Of a stretch of 64,000 nt of DNA, positions 10,701 through 17,971 are shown one piece after another; positions within the stretch are counted from its first letter, which is position 1, and every line of letters starts with the position of its first letter. The notes under the pieces are model-generated. The model did not search any database. It saw nothing but the letters and a program-made list of their open reading frames with translations, and was not told where the DNA came from. The stretch comes from a candidate division WOR-3 bacterium (GTDB lineage: Bacteria; Hydrothermota; 32-111), in NCBI GenBank assembly GCA_039804205.1, contig JBDRZY010000001.1:286198-350197 (forward strand), in the 5' to 3' direction. The position numbers were made by a program, and so were the translations under genes.

Positions 10701-11573
10701 AAAAACAATAAAAAAAGAGAAATGTGCTATGCTATGGGAAATCTTGGTTTAATGTTATGGAGGAAGGGAGAACTCGATAAAGCACTCGAAATTTTTAAAG
10801 AAATTTTAAAAGTTGCAAAAGAGCAGGGTGATAGGTATTCTCTGTCCGCTTCAATAAGTAATATTGGTATGATCTATTATTTTCAAAAAAAGTATGACGA
10901 AGCGTTAAAATGTTATCAGGAAGCGTTTACAATCAATGAGGAGATAGGAAACAAATATTTTATGGGGATAAACCTTGGAAATATCGGTAACATATATTCC
11001 GCTTTAGAGGAGTTTGAAACAGCACAGGAGTATTACATGATAGCTGCTTCGATTTTTGAAGAGATAAAAAATTATTGGGCTTTACATCTTGCTCTCTATG
11101 AAATATCGAAAATAAACTTTTATAAAAGTGATCTTGATCAGATGAAAAATTTTGCTGAAAAAAGTTATGATGTTGCCTTAAAATTGGAACTTAATGATGA
11201 GATTACTGCTTCTGTTATTCTTCTTATCCAGTACTTTTATGAAGTTGGTGATCTTGAAAATCTAGAATTCAAATTGAAAGAGTTAGAAAAATTTTTGGAA
11301 AAACATGAGGATAAAGAAAAGAAATTTTTATACGATCTTTATCACAATCTGCTTCTTTTAAAAAGAGGAAAAACTGATGTTGAAAGAAAATTAATAAAAA
11401 TGGTTGACGAAAATGAAAATTTAGAAAACAAAACGAGATTATTCTATTTTTTGTTTAAGGAAACAAAAAATTTAGAATACAAAACACTTTTTCTTTCGTT
11501 TGTTGATAAAGTTATTGAATCAGCAGAATCTTTTGAATTCAAAATGATGAAAAGAAAAATTGAATATAATTGA
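7707..11573 (+). CDS. Tandem class III adenylate/guanylate cyclase domains fused to a STAND/AAA ATPase and C-terminal TPR repeats
   Basis: A TTG start follows an AAGGGAGGG RBS. CHD domain 1 carries FLDIKGFTSL and FAGDAFTAVF, which supply the two metal-binding Asp residues. CHD domain 2 (ISIFVNFKN..AYTAISAVVNLAARI) lacks the first Asp but keeps the N...R transition-state motif. Walker A GQAGIGKT lies at about nt 8990 and Walker B LILIFDD follows. The C-terminal ~450 aa consist of TPR-like repeats. Confidence 0.8.
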   Translation: METVPLKILKWYAKNSFEKSFEGSVLFLDIKGFTSLTENLMKSGKSGAETLSKIINLFYNDIIDEIYSNGGFITTFAGDAFTAVFDGKKNFCSVLSAYNIIKKIENKNFILPNERVKLSVKISIVSGRFKILFIGEKKKIFLLKGSPLKKIQKMQNICEENEILCDKKTYDNLVEIAKFEKREEFYKILHISQIGCSVKEKTDSYKNYDAFIVDEVYNSDLKGEFRNVISIFVNFKNSSNEKKIRFYVENLLNLKEKYGCFLSMVEYSDKGLLCYIIFGAPMAFENDISKSSDFVKELVSVLGKDVRVGVTFGSAYFGKIGSEKKYAYTAISAVVNLAARITMKALWGEIWCDSIYTSKLQKNYDLQSKGFIKFKGIVGERQVFKLGEKIGFEKKYINRFIGREEELKRLTEILKVRDKNMGILFVFGQAGIGKTRFVEESIKSFENEFEIFWEQSDEIVKDFLEVFRKFMVKYFKLDFDKNVEKNEKNFETVYYELLNKVENKKNISVEEFKRTKVFLKSFLGFDIDLYKNYDDKVILDNIKIGIKEFVKIKSSIRPLILIFDDSQWLDEVSLKFIPELMTNVSDYPFGLIILSRDDERIKNLYSNIKDAKVFELQRFEKKNVKLMMETILKGPIKEKLLNFVETKSEGNPFFVEQILLFLNENGYIKYDNNGFDIEKIDIDIFSGINSIIIARLDRLSKKLKRVVQHASVLGKEFDIEILNKMVGMKDIEVELIEGTEQNIWYPSNEMKYVFSHSLIKDAAYEMQLEEDLIKLHKLAALSIEEKYKNNPIYFADLAFHYERSKNYEKYEEYLKKAAEFAKKEYREEDALRLNQKLFDIQKDDFEKLKTGILIAHSLFYLSQYKQEENFLNEIFKTIKDKESEIYAEYLNVLIELQIRLSDYENALKNADRAYEIFKKNKNLKEEIRSIKNIGKIYYDMNQYEKSLDYFKESLKMAKESKFDQLEHDILGSMALYYFETGEYDEGIKLLNKKIEYDRKNNKKREMCYAMGNLGLMLWRKGELDKALEIFKEILKVAKEQGDRYSLSASISNIGMIYYFQKKYDEALKCYQEAFTINEEIGNKYFMGINLGNIGNIYSALEEFETAQEYYMIAASIFEEIKNYWALHLALYEISKINFYKSDLDQMKNFAEKSYDVALKLELNDEITASVILLIQYFYEVGDLENLEFKLKELEKFLEKHEDKEKKFLYDLYHNLLLLKRGKTDVERKLIKMVDENENLENKTRLFYFLFKETKNLEYKTLFLSFVDKVIESAESFEFKMMKRKIEYN

Positions 11574-11618
11574 CTGTAAAGGTAAAATATATATAATAGA
11601 GAAAAACAGGACAGATTT

Positions 11619-12689
11619 ATGAACAAAAATTTATATGCAGTTATACTTGCAGGTGGAAGAGGAGAAAGGTTTTGGCCAAGGTCAAAGAAAACAAAACCGA
11701 AACAACTTCTTCCTGTTATATCAAAGAAAACGATGCTTGAAGAGACCTTTTTAAGGTTGAACAATTTTATTGAAAAAGACAGAATATTTATCATAGGCAC
11801 GGAAATTTTGAAAGATTCGATAGATTCTTTTGAAATTTTTGATAAACAGAATTTACTCTATGAACCCTTTGGAAAGAACACAGCACTTGCTATAGGTTTT
11901 GGTGCTGTGAAGTTAAGAAGTATTGATAAAAACTCTGTGATGCTCGTTTGCCCTGCTGATCACAGTATTTTCCCTGATAAGGATTTTCAGAAAACTATAG
12001 AAATAGGGTATGAATACGCTTTAAAAGGTAATCTTGTAACTTTTGGTATAACACCAACAAGACCTGATGAAGGTTATGGATACATTGAACTCGGAGAGGC
12101 ATTGCTCGATGATAAGGTATACAAAATAAAATCTTTCAAAGAAAAACCGAATGTGAAAAGAGCGATCTCCTACCTTAAAAAAGGGAACACTCTTTGGAAC
12201 AGTGGTATATTTCTCTGGAAAACCGAAACACTTCTTGAAGGTATTCAAAAATATCTACCTGATATGTATAAAGAATTGTTAGAATATGAAAAACATATTG
12301 GAAAAGATGATGAAAAAGATAGTATTTTAAAACTTTATGAAAATTCTCCAGCAACATCTATAGATTTCGGAGTGATGGAACAGGCAGAAAACATTGTTAT
12401 CGTTAGAGCACAGTTTAACTGGGATGATGTTGGTGATTGGAATGCACTTGAAAGGATAAAAAACAAGGATAAAGATGGAAACATAATTGAGGGAGAGGTT
12501 GTTTCTTTAAATTCGAAAAACAGTATAATAATCTCAGATTCAGGACTTGTTACCGTTATAGGTGTATCCGATCTTATAATAGTTCGGACTGAAAACGAAA
12601 CACTTGTCTGCAAAAAGAATGAGACCGGTGAAATAAAAAATCTTCTAAAAATTCTTGAAAAGGATGAAAAATATAAAAAATACCTTTAA
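11619..12689 (+). CDS. manC: Mannose-1-phosphate guanylyltransferase (GDP-mannose pyrophosphorylase, no PMI domain)
   Basis: The N-terminal AVILAGGRGERFWPRS..KPKQLLPV nucleotidyltransferase motif is present. PADH and GYGYIELGE motifs are also present. The 356-aa length fits. Confidence 0.8.
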   Translation: MNKNLYAVILAGGRGERFWPRSKKTKPKQLLPVISKKTMLEETFLRLNNFIEKDRIFIIGTEILKDSIDSFEIFDKQNLLYEPFGKNTALAIGFGAVKLRSIDKNSVMLVCPADHSIFPDKDFQKTIEIGYEYALKGNLVTFGITPTRPDEGYGYIELGEALLDDKVYKIKSFKEKPNVKRAISYLKKGNTLWNSGIFLWKTETLLEGIQKYLPDMYKELLEYEKHIGKDDEKDSILKLYENSPATSIDFGVMEQAENIVIVRAQFNWDDVGDWNALERIKNKDKDGNIIEGEVVSLNSKNSIIISDSGLVTVIGVSDLIIVRTENETLVCKKNETGEIKNLLKILEKDEKYKKYL

Positions 12690-12699
12690 GGAGGGTTAA

Positions 12700-13119
12700 A
12701 TGTTAAAAAAAATTATCGTTTTATTTTTGTTCTCTTCTATTGTATTTGCTGGATGTACAAAAAAAGCAAAAACTACACAGCCAACCCAGCAACCATCAGT
12801 TGTTGTGATTGAAGAGGAACCAAAAGTTAAACAGCCACAACTTGAAATTGTAGAAGAAAAACCAGCAGAAACTCCTGTTACTATGCAAACAACGGTTAAT
12901 GAGTACAAAGTACAGATTTTTGCAACCTATGATGAAGCAAAAGCTTACAAAGTTAGAGATGAGGCAAAGGCAAAATTTACAGAGGATGTTTATGTTGAAT
13001 ATATTCCACCATACTATAAAGTCAGAATAGGACACTTTAAAACGAAAGAGGATGCTGACAGATTCAGAGATCTTGTAAAGGATAAAGGATACTCTGATGC
13101 TTTCACCGTTATTCCATGA
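12700..13119 (+). CDS. SPOR-domain lipoprotein
   Basis: GGAGG is followed 8 nt later by ATG. The lipobox is FAGC. A Pro/Gln-rich linker precedes a C-terminal ~75 aa SPOR-like fold (YKVQIFATYDEAKA...YKVRIGHFKTKEDADRF). Confidence 0.65.
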   Translation: MLKKIIVLFLFSSIVFAGCTKKAKTTQPTQQPSVVVIEEEPKVKQPQLEIVEEKPAETPVTMQTTVNEYKVQIFATYDEAKAYKVRDEAKAKFTEDVYVEYIPPYYKVRIGHFKTKEDADRFRDLVKDKGYSDAFTVIP

Positions 13120-13724
13120 TAGAATTGAAAATTTTTTTTGCCACTCATAATCTTGACAAAAAGAGAGAAATTGAGTATATTTTAACTTCGAAAAAAATCA
13201 AAGTTCTTTACATAGATGATTTTCCAGATTATCCTGAAGTTGAAGAGACCGGTAAAACTCTTGAAGAAAACTCTATCATTAAAGTTTTAAACGGATATTC
13301 CTTTACAAATCTGGATACTTTTGCTGAGGATACTGGTCTTTTTGTCGAATCCTTGAATGGCGAACCAGGAGTTTTCACATCAAGGTATGCTGGAAAGAAT
13401 CCTTCCTACCAAGACAACTATATGTTGTTGTTGAAAAAGATGGAAAACTTCAAAGAGGATTTTCAAAGAAGAGCATATTTTAAAACTGTGATAACATTCA
13501 AAACATCAGATTTTATGAAGCAGTTTGAAGGTGTGTGCAATGGAAGGATTGCATATAAGCCAGAAGGAGATAAAGGTTTTGGTTACGATCCGGTTTTTAT
13601 ACCTGATGGTTTTGAAAAAACTTTTGCACAACTCGATGAATCTGTAAAGAATCGGATCTCTCACAGAGCGAAAGCTGTAAACAAGTTTATAGATTTTTTG
13701 GAGAAAGAGTATTTCGGGGCATAG
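13116..13724 (+). CDS. rdgB: Non-canonical purine NTP pyrophosphatase (RdgB/HAM1 family, dITP/XTP pyrophosphatase)
   Basis: Motifs FATHNLDKKRE, GEPGVFTSRYAG, GFGYDPVF and ISHRAKA are present. The start overlaps the upstream stop (ATGA). The 3' end overlaps tRNA-Pro. Confidence 0.85.
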   Translation: MIELKIFFATHNLDKKREIEYILTSKKIKVLYIDDFPDYPEVEETGKTLEENSIIKVLNGYSFTNLDTFAEDTGLFVESLNGEPGVFTSRYAGKNPSYQDNYMLLLKKMENFKEDFQRRAYFKTVITFKTSDFMKQFEGVCNGRIAYKPEGDKGFGYDPVFIPDGFEKTFAQLDESVKNRISHRAKAVNKFIDFLEKEYFGA

Positions 13725-13790
13725 CGCAGTCCGGTTTAGCGCGCCTGTTTTGGGAGCAGGAAGTCGCTGGTTCAAATCCAGCTGCCCCGA
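13715..13790 (+). tRNA. tRNA-Pro (anticodon TGG)
   Basis: Hand-folded cloverleaf. The acceptor stem CGGGGCA pairs with TGCCCCG. The D-arm is GCGC/GCGC. The anticodon stem CCTGT/GCAGG closes loop TTTGGGA, giving anticodon TGG. The T-arm is GCTGG-TTCAAAT-CCAGC. No CCA is encoded. Confidence 0.8.
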
Positions 13791-13797
13791 TTTTTAC

Positions 13798-13875
13798 GGT
13801 GAGTGTAGTTCAATTGGTTAGAGCTCTGGATTGTGGTTCCAGCCGTTGGGGGTTCGAGTCCCCTCACTCACCCCA
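13798..13875 (+). tRNA. tRNA-His (anticodon GTG) with encoded G-1 and CCA
   Basis: An extra 5' G (G-1) is present. The acceptor stem GTGAGTG pairs with CACTCAC. The anticodon stem CTGGA/TCCAG closes loop TTGTGGT, giving anticodon GTG. The T-arm is GGGGG-TTCGAGT-CCCCT. Discriminator C is followed by CCA. Confidence 0.8.
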
Positions 13876-13891
13876 TATAAAAACAAAACAA

Positions 13892-13965
13892 GCGCCTGTA
13901 GCTCAATTGGATAGAGCAACGGATTTCTAATCCGTAGGTTACAGGTTCGATTCCTGTCAGGCGCA
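13892..13965 (+). tRNA. tRNA-Arg (anticodon TCT)
   Basis: The acceptor stem GCGCCTG pairs with CAGGCGC. The anticodon stem ACGGA/TCCGT closes loop TTTCTAA. The T-arm is CAGG-TTCGATT-CCTG. The discriminator is A. Confidence 0.8.
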
Positions 13966-13979
13966 TTCTTTTTTTATAA

Positions 13980-14052
13980 GCGTCACTAGCTCAAATGGTA
14001 GAGCAACTGACTCTTAATCAGTAGGTTCGGGGTTCGATTCCCCGGTGACGCA
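13980..14052 (+). tRNA. tRNA-Lys (anticodon CTT)
   Basis: The acceptor stem GCGTCAC pairs with GTGACGC. The anticodon stem ACTGA/TCAGT closes loop CTCTTAA. The T-arm is CGGGG-TTCGATT-CCCCG. The discriminator is A. Confidence 0.75.
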
Positions 14053-14055
14053 AAA

Positions 14056-15324
14056 TTATTTGATTTTGGAAATTCCCCCTGAATAGAGATTTATCAGAAC
14101 ATTGTTATCTGGTGTAGTGTCAACAAGGAGATTTTTGAACATATCCCTTTTTAAAAACATTATAAATTTTGATTTTAATGAAAAATCTTTTGTATCAAAA
14201 AATTTTTCAGGAAGAGTTTCATCTCCCTGATAATGAGAAACCATCGAAAATGAGATTTTTTTTGCAAGTATATCCGATTCATTATCAGATATGTTAAAAC
14301 TTTTTATTATTTTGTAAGCTATTTTGTAGATTCCATTTTCTGTATACTCTTTACTGTAAGAATATAACACGGGAGATTTTAGAAGAGAAAAAGTTTCAAT
14401 TTTTACAGAAGTATCGTTTAAAATTTCCACCATCCTGTATGGAGATGGAAAGGTTACCGGAGAACCTGTCTCGATTTCAAAAATATATCCATTTTTCATC
14501 TTTTTCTTTACAATGTCGTTTGCATGGAAATGCCCTGAGAATATAAGTTTTACATCATATCTGTTTAAGATTTTTAATAACTTTTCATTGTTTTCAAGTA
14601 CATATTCAGGATATCCTTTTTTTTGTCCTGAAAAGTGCTCGATAAGATTATGATGGATCAACACTATAAACTTTTTATTTTCATTTTTTAATCTTTTCAG
14701 ATTTCCTTCAAGCCATTTTAATGTTTTTTCATTAACTCTTCCGGAAACTGTTGAAGGATTTTTTACATCGTTTAAAAAATATTTACACCCATCAAGTGCA
14801 ACAAGAAAATATTCTCCATTCAAATCTGCAATATAACTTAAAGAATTTTCATCTTTTGAATAGGAGTTGTTGAAACCATAATTTTTATAGAGTGATAAAA
14901 AATTTTCCCTATCAACTGTTTCAACTCGAATCTTTTTATCATCTTCATATTTATAACTATCGAAATTGTTTATATCGTGGTTACCTGGAACAACAAAAAT
15001 TTTAATACCTTTGTTTAAAATTTCAGAACTTTTTTCAAGGAAAAGTTTATGGTTTACAAGTTCTCCATCTTTTGTAATATCACCGGGAATGAGTATAAAA
15101 TTGACATCGCTATTTTTTATATCCTCAAAAAATTGATCGAGCAAAAAAGAACTTTCCTTCAAAAGTTTTCTATCGTTTTCAATGTAATCTTCAAACTCTT
15201 TTCCTGTGATTCCAAGAGTGGTATCGTAAAGATGTATGTCTGAGATTACGGCAAATTTTAGTCCTGACGAATTCAGGATAAAGAATATTAACGATAAAAA
15301 AAATAAAGAAAAACTTTTTTTCAT
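14056..15324 (-). CDS. Secreted calcineurin-like metallophosphoesterase
   Basis: The N-terminus is a signal peptide. Metallophosphoesterase motifs VISDIHL, IPGDITKDG, GNHD, IHHN and GHFHAN are present. The start overlaps the upstream stop (ATGA). Confidence 0.75.
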   Translation of the reverse strand: MKKSFSLFFLSLIFFILNSSGLKFAVISDIHLYDTTLGITGKEFEDYIENDRKLLKESSFLLDQFFEDIKNSDVNFILIPGDITKDGELVNHKLFLEKSSEILNKGIKIFVVPGNHDINNFDSYKYEDDKKIRVETVDRENFLSLYKNYGFNNSYSKDENSLSYIADLNGEYFLVALDGCKYFLNDVKNPSTVSGRVNEKTLKWLEGNLKRLKNENKKFIVLIHHNLIEHFSGQKKGYPEYVLENNEKLLKILNRYDVKLIFSGHFHANDIVKKKMKNGYIFEIETGSPVTFPSPYRMVEILNDTSVKIETFSLLKSPVLYSYSKEYTENGIYKIAYKIIKSFNISDNESDILAKKISFSMVSHYQGDETLPEKFFDTKDFSLKSKFIMFLKRDMFKNLLVDTTPDNNVLINLYSGGISKIK

Positions 15325-15674
15325 ATTAAAGAAACGAATCCAAAAACAAGAAGAGTTCCGATTTGGCCTTTGTCAAGATTGTTGTGTATGTAACCAATTG
15401 TGTTATGAGATGAATCCTCTATCCTTTCACTCAATATGTATGCTATTGGTGAATGAGAACTATCTGTTAAAGTATCTCCTTCAAGATATGCAAGAATAGT
15501 TCCTGAAGCATCCTCATATCTTCCATAATGATAATATCCTATTATATTGTAATGTTGGTCAAGTATTCTATCACTTTCAAAAAAACCTATAGGAGCACCT
15601 GAACCATCCTCAATGGTTTTATCATGGATATACCCGACTATATTATATGAAGAATCGTAAATTTTTGTTAACAA
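15321..15674 (-). CDS. Small internal-repeat protein with hydrophobic C-terminal tail (hypothetical)
   Basis: A TTG start follows AAGGAA. Six ~15-aa repeats fit the pattern [NT]-I-[VIAL]-[GA]-[YF]-[IYFL]-x4-[IL]-E-D-x-S-[GH]. The C-terminus GTLLVFGFVSLI is hydrophobic. Confidence 0.45.
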   Translation of the reverse strand: MLTKIYDSSYNIVGYIHDKTIEDGSGAPIGFFESDRILDQHYNIIGYYHYGRYEDASGTILAYLEGDTLTDSSHSPIAYILSERIEDSSHNTIGYIHNNLDKGQIGTLLVFGFVSLI

Positions 15675-15686
15675 AGATTTCCTTTT

Positions 15687-16130
15687 CTATTGTGTTGTAA
15701 AAATGGATGCTAACATTGCTGTTATCCATGCACCATAAATAATGTAAACCGGTATGTATACTATTAATTGACCAACAGTTGATAAACACCCTCCAACAAA
15801 AGCACTTGTTGCCCTTTTCTTTTTAACTTCAGCAGAATAACTTTCCCTGAAACCTCTTATATAATCATCACCTTTATCAGATGAGACATAGGGAGCAGTT
15901 GGTTCAATAAGATAACCGGCTAAAGTTGCACCAAGACATCCAAGTCCCTGAAAAAAACATGTAGCGCCACAACCGATAAGTCCCCAGATTAAAGCGTTTT
16001 CTGAGGAAGCAGCAACTCTTCCTGCTTCTCTTCCCTCTTCGTAAGAAGGTTTTTGCTGTAAGTTCTGGGAAAAAAGTGAAATATTGAAAAGTAGAACAAA
16101 AACTAAAATTAAAATGGTAACTTTTTTCAT
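15687..16130 (-). CDS. Small secreted/membrane Gly- and Cys-rich protein (glycine-zipper-like, hypothetical)
   Basis: The preferred start is the internal Met at 16130, which has AGGAGAGAGG immediately upstream. The six-frame track extends the ORF to 16181. A signal peptide is followed by GLIGCGATCFFQGLGCLGATLAGYL and a second hydrophobic segment. Confidence 0.5.
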   Translation of the reverse strand: MKKVTILILVFVLLFNISLFSQNLQQKPSYEEGREAGRVAASSENALIWGLIGCGATCFFQGLGCLGATLAGYLIEPTAPYVSSDKGDDYIRGFRESYSAEVKKKRATSAFVGGCLSTVGQLIVYIPVYIIYGAWITAMLASIFTTQ

Positions 16131-16226
16131 CCTCTCTCCTTTTTTAGTTATTATATAAAACTTCAAAATATAGTCAATCATAAATTTTTGTTGAATTTTA
16201 TTATATATTTACTATACTTTTTTATT

Positions 16227-17498
16227 ATGAAAAAAACTGATTTAAAGGCAAAATCACTCAAATACCACTCGTTTCCAACAGGTGGTAAGATCGAGATAAA
16301 GATTAAAAAGAGATGTCAGTCAAAACAGGATCTTTCTTTAGCATACACTCCAGGTGTTGCGTTCCCATCACTTGAAATTTCAAAAGATAAAAATTTATCA
16401 TTCAAATATACAAACAGAAAAAATCTTGTTGGAGTTGTATCAAATGGAACAGCGGTTCTGGGTCTTGGTGACATAGGTTCATATGCCTCAAAACCTGTTA
16501 TGGAAGGGAAAGCTGTTCTGTTTAAAAAATTTGCATTCATAGATGCTTTTGATATAGAGGTTGATGAAAAGGATCCAGATAAATTTGTTCAGATAGTGAA
16601 ATCTTTAGAGCCAACCTTTGGTGGTATAAATTTAGAGGATATAAAAGGTCCAGAATGTTTTTATATTGAAGAGAAGTTGATAGAGATTATGGATATACCT
16701 GTATTCCATGATGACCAACATGGGACAGCGATAATTGCGACAGCAGGTCTTATGAATGCATGTGAACTTGTTGAAAAAAATATTCATGACTTGAAAATCG
16801 TTGTATCCGGTGCTGGTGCTGCTGCTATTCCAGTTCTAAAAATGTTTTTAAAAGTTGGAGTTTCACTGGAAAAAATCTTTGTTTTTGATAAGTTTGGAAT
16901 GCTCTCAAAAAAAAGAAAAGATTTAAACAAATACAATAAAATTTTTGCAAAAGAAAAAGAGTTAAAAATCGAAGAAGCAATAGAAGGTGCTGATATGTTT
17001 CTTGGATTATCTGTCAGAGGTGTTTTAAAAAAAGAGATGTTGAAGAAGATGGCAAAAAATCCTATAGTGTTTGCACTTGCGAATCCAGATCCTGAAATAG
17101 ATTATTGTGAAGCAATAAATACAAGAAAAGATATAATTATGGCAACAGGAAGATCAGATTATCCGAATCAGATCAACAATGTTTTAGGATTCCCATACAT
17201 TTTTAGGGGTGTTCTTGATTGTGGTGCAAGGAGAATAAGTGAGAATATGAAACTTGAAGCAGCAAAATCTCTTGCCTATCTTGCAAAAAAGAATGTTCCG
17301 GAGTATATCAAAAATCTGTATAAAGAGGATTTGAAATTTTCAAGAAAATATTTTATACCAAAACCTTTTGATAGAAGAGTTTTTGTTGAAGAATCTTATG
17401 CTGTTTTAAAGTGTGCTGTTGAGGAAAAACTCAACAGGATAGATGTTGACCCAACAAGTTATAAAAAGGATTTGCAAAGATGGTTAAAAAAATTTTGA
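16227..17498 (+). CDS. maeB: NAD(P)-dependent malic enzyme (malate dehydrogenase, decarboxylating; no PTA domain)
   Basis: Motifs [38 protein letters not shown] and [10 protein letters not shown] are present. The six-frame ORF starts at 16188. The Met at 16227 ([17 protein letters not shown]) matches the usual family N-terminus. No SD is visible upstream. Confidence 0.85.
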   Translation: MKKTDLKAKSLKYHSFPTGGKIEIKIKKRCQSKQDLSLAYTPGVAFPSLEISKDKNLSFKYTNRKNLVGVVSNGTAVLGLGDIGSYASKPVMEGKAVLFKKFAFIDAFDIEVDEKDPDKFVQIVKSLEPTFGGINLEDIKGPECFYIEEKLIEIMDIPVFHDDQHGTAIIATAGLMNACELVEKNIHDLKIVVSGAGAAAIPVLKMFLKVGVSLEKIFVFDKFGMLSKKRKDLNKYNKIFAKEKELKIEEAIEGADMFLGLSVRGVLKKEMLKKMAKNPIVFALANPDPEIDYCEAINTRKDIIMATGRSDYPNQINNVLGFPYIFRGVLDCGARRISENMKLEAAKSLAYLAKKNVPEYIKNLYKEDLKFSRKYFIPKPFDRRVFVEESYAVLKCAVEEKLNRIDVDPTSYKKDLQRWLKKF

Positions 17499-17971
17499 TC
17501 TATAATTTTGTTATTATATTTTTGGTTACTGTGTCAAACTGCGCCTATTTTAATCAGATTAAAACATTGAAAAATCTTGATTATGAAGTTGAGTCGTTCG
17601 AATACAAATCGTTTGATTTAACCGGTGTGAATTTTGATCTTAATTTAAAAGTGTCGAATCCAAATAAAGTTGATATAAATTTTGAAAAAGTTGTTTATAA
17701 AATTTATATCGATACCAAAAATGTTGGAGATGGAATCTCTGAAAAAACTTTTCTTTTGAAAAAGAACTCTTCTGGAGTTTATTCAACGAATTTGAAAATC
17801 AAATATTCAATACTATCAACCGATATAATCGAAAAAATGAAAGAGGGGAAACTTGTTGTTGATATTGAAGGCGAAATACAGGTAAAAACAAAGTATGGGA
17901 AAAATGTTTTTCCATTTAAAGTAAAAAAAGATATTTCAAAGGAATTTGATTTTTTAAAAATAGGTAAATAG
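17480..17971 (+). CDS. Lipoprotein with LEA_2/WHy-like domain
   Basis: The lipobox is VSNC. The remaining ~140 aa (DLNLKVSNPNKVDINFEKVVYKIYIDTKNVG...) resemble LEA14/WHy beta-sandwich proteins. Confidence 0.45.
   Translation: MVKKILIYNFVIIFLVTVSNCAYFNQIKTLKNLDYEVESFEYKSFDLTGVNFDLNLKVSNPNKVDINFEKVVYKIYIDTKNVGDGISEKTFLLKKNSSGVYSTNLKIKYSILSTDIIEKMKEGKLVVDIEGEIQVKTKYGKNVFPFKVKKDISKEFDFLKIGK

Noticed and set aside
15049-15499. Two plus-strand small ORFs overlapping the minus-strand phosphoesterase and repeat-protein genes
   Set aside because: They lie antisense to CDS with clear catalytic motifs. They have no RBS.
16188-16226. Longer six-frame start (MLNFIIYLLYFFI...) for malic enzyme
   Set aside because: The extension is a hydrophobic, low-complexity peptide with no homology. 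It would overlap the divergent promoter region. The internal Met at 16227 reproduces the conserved family N-terminus.
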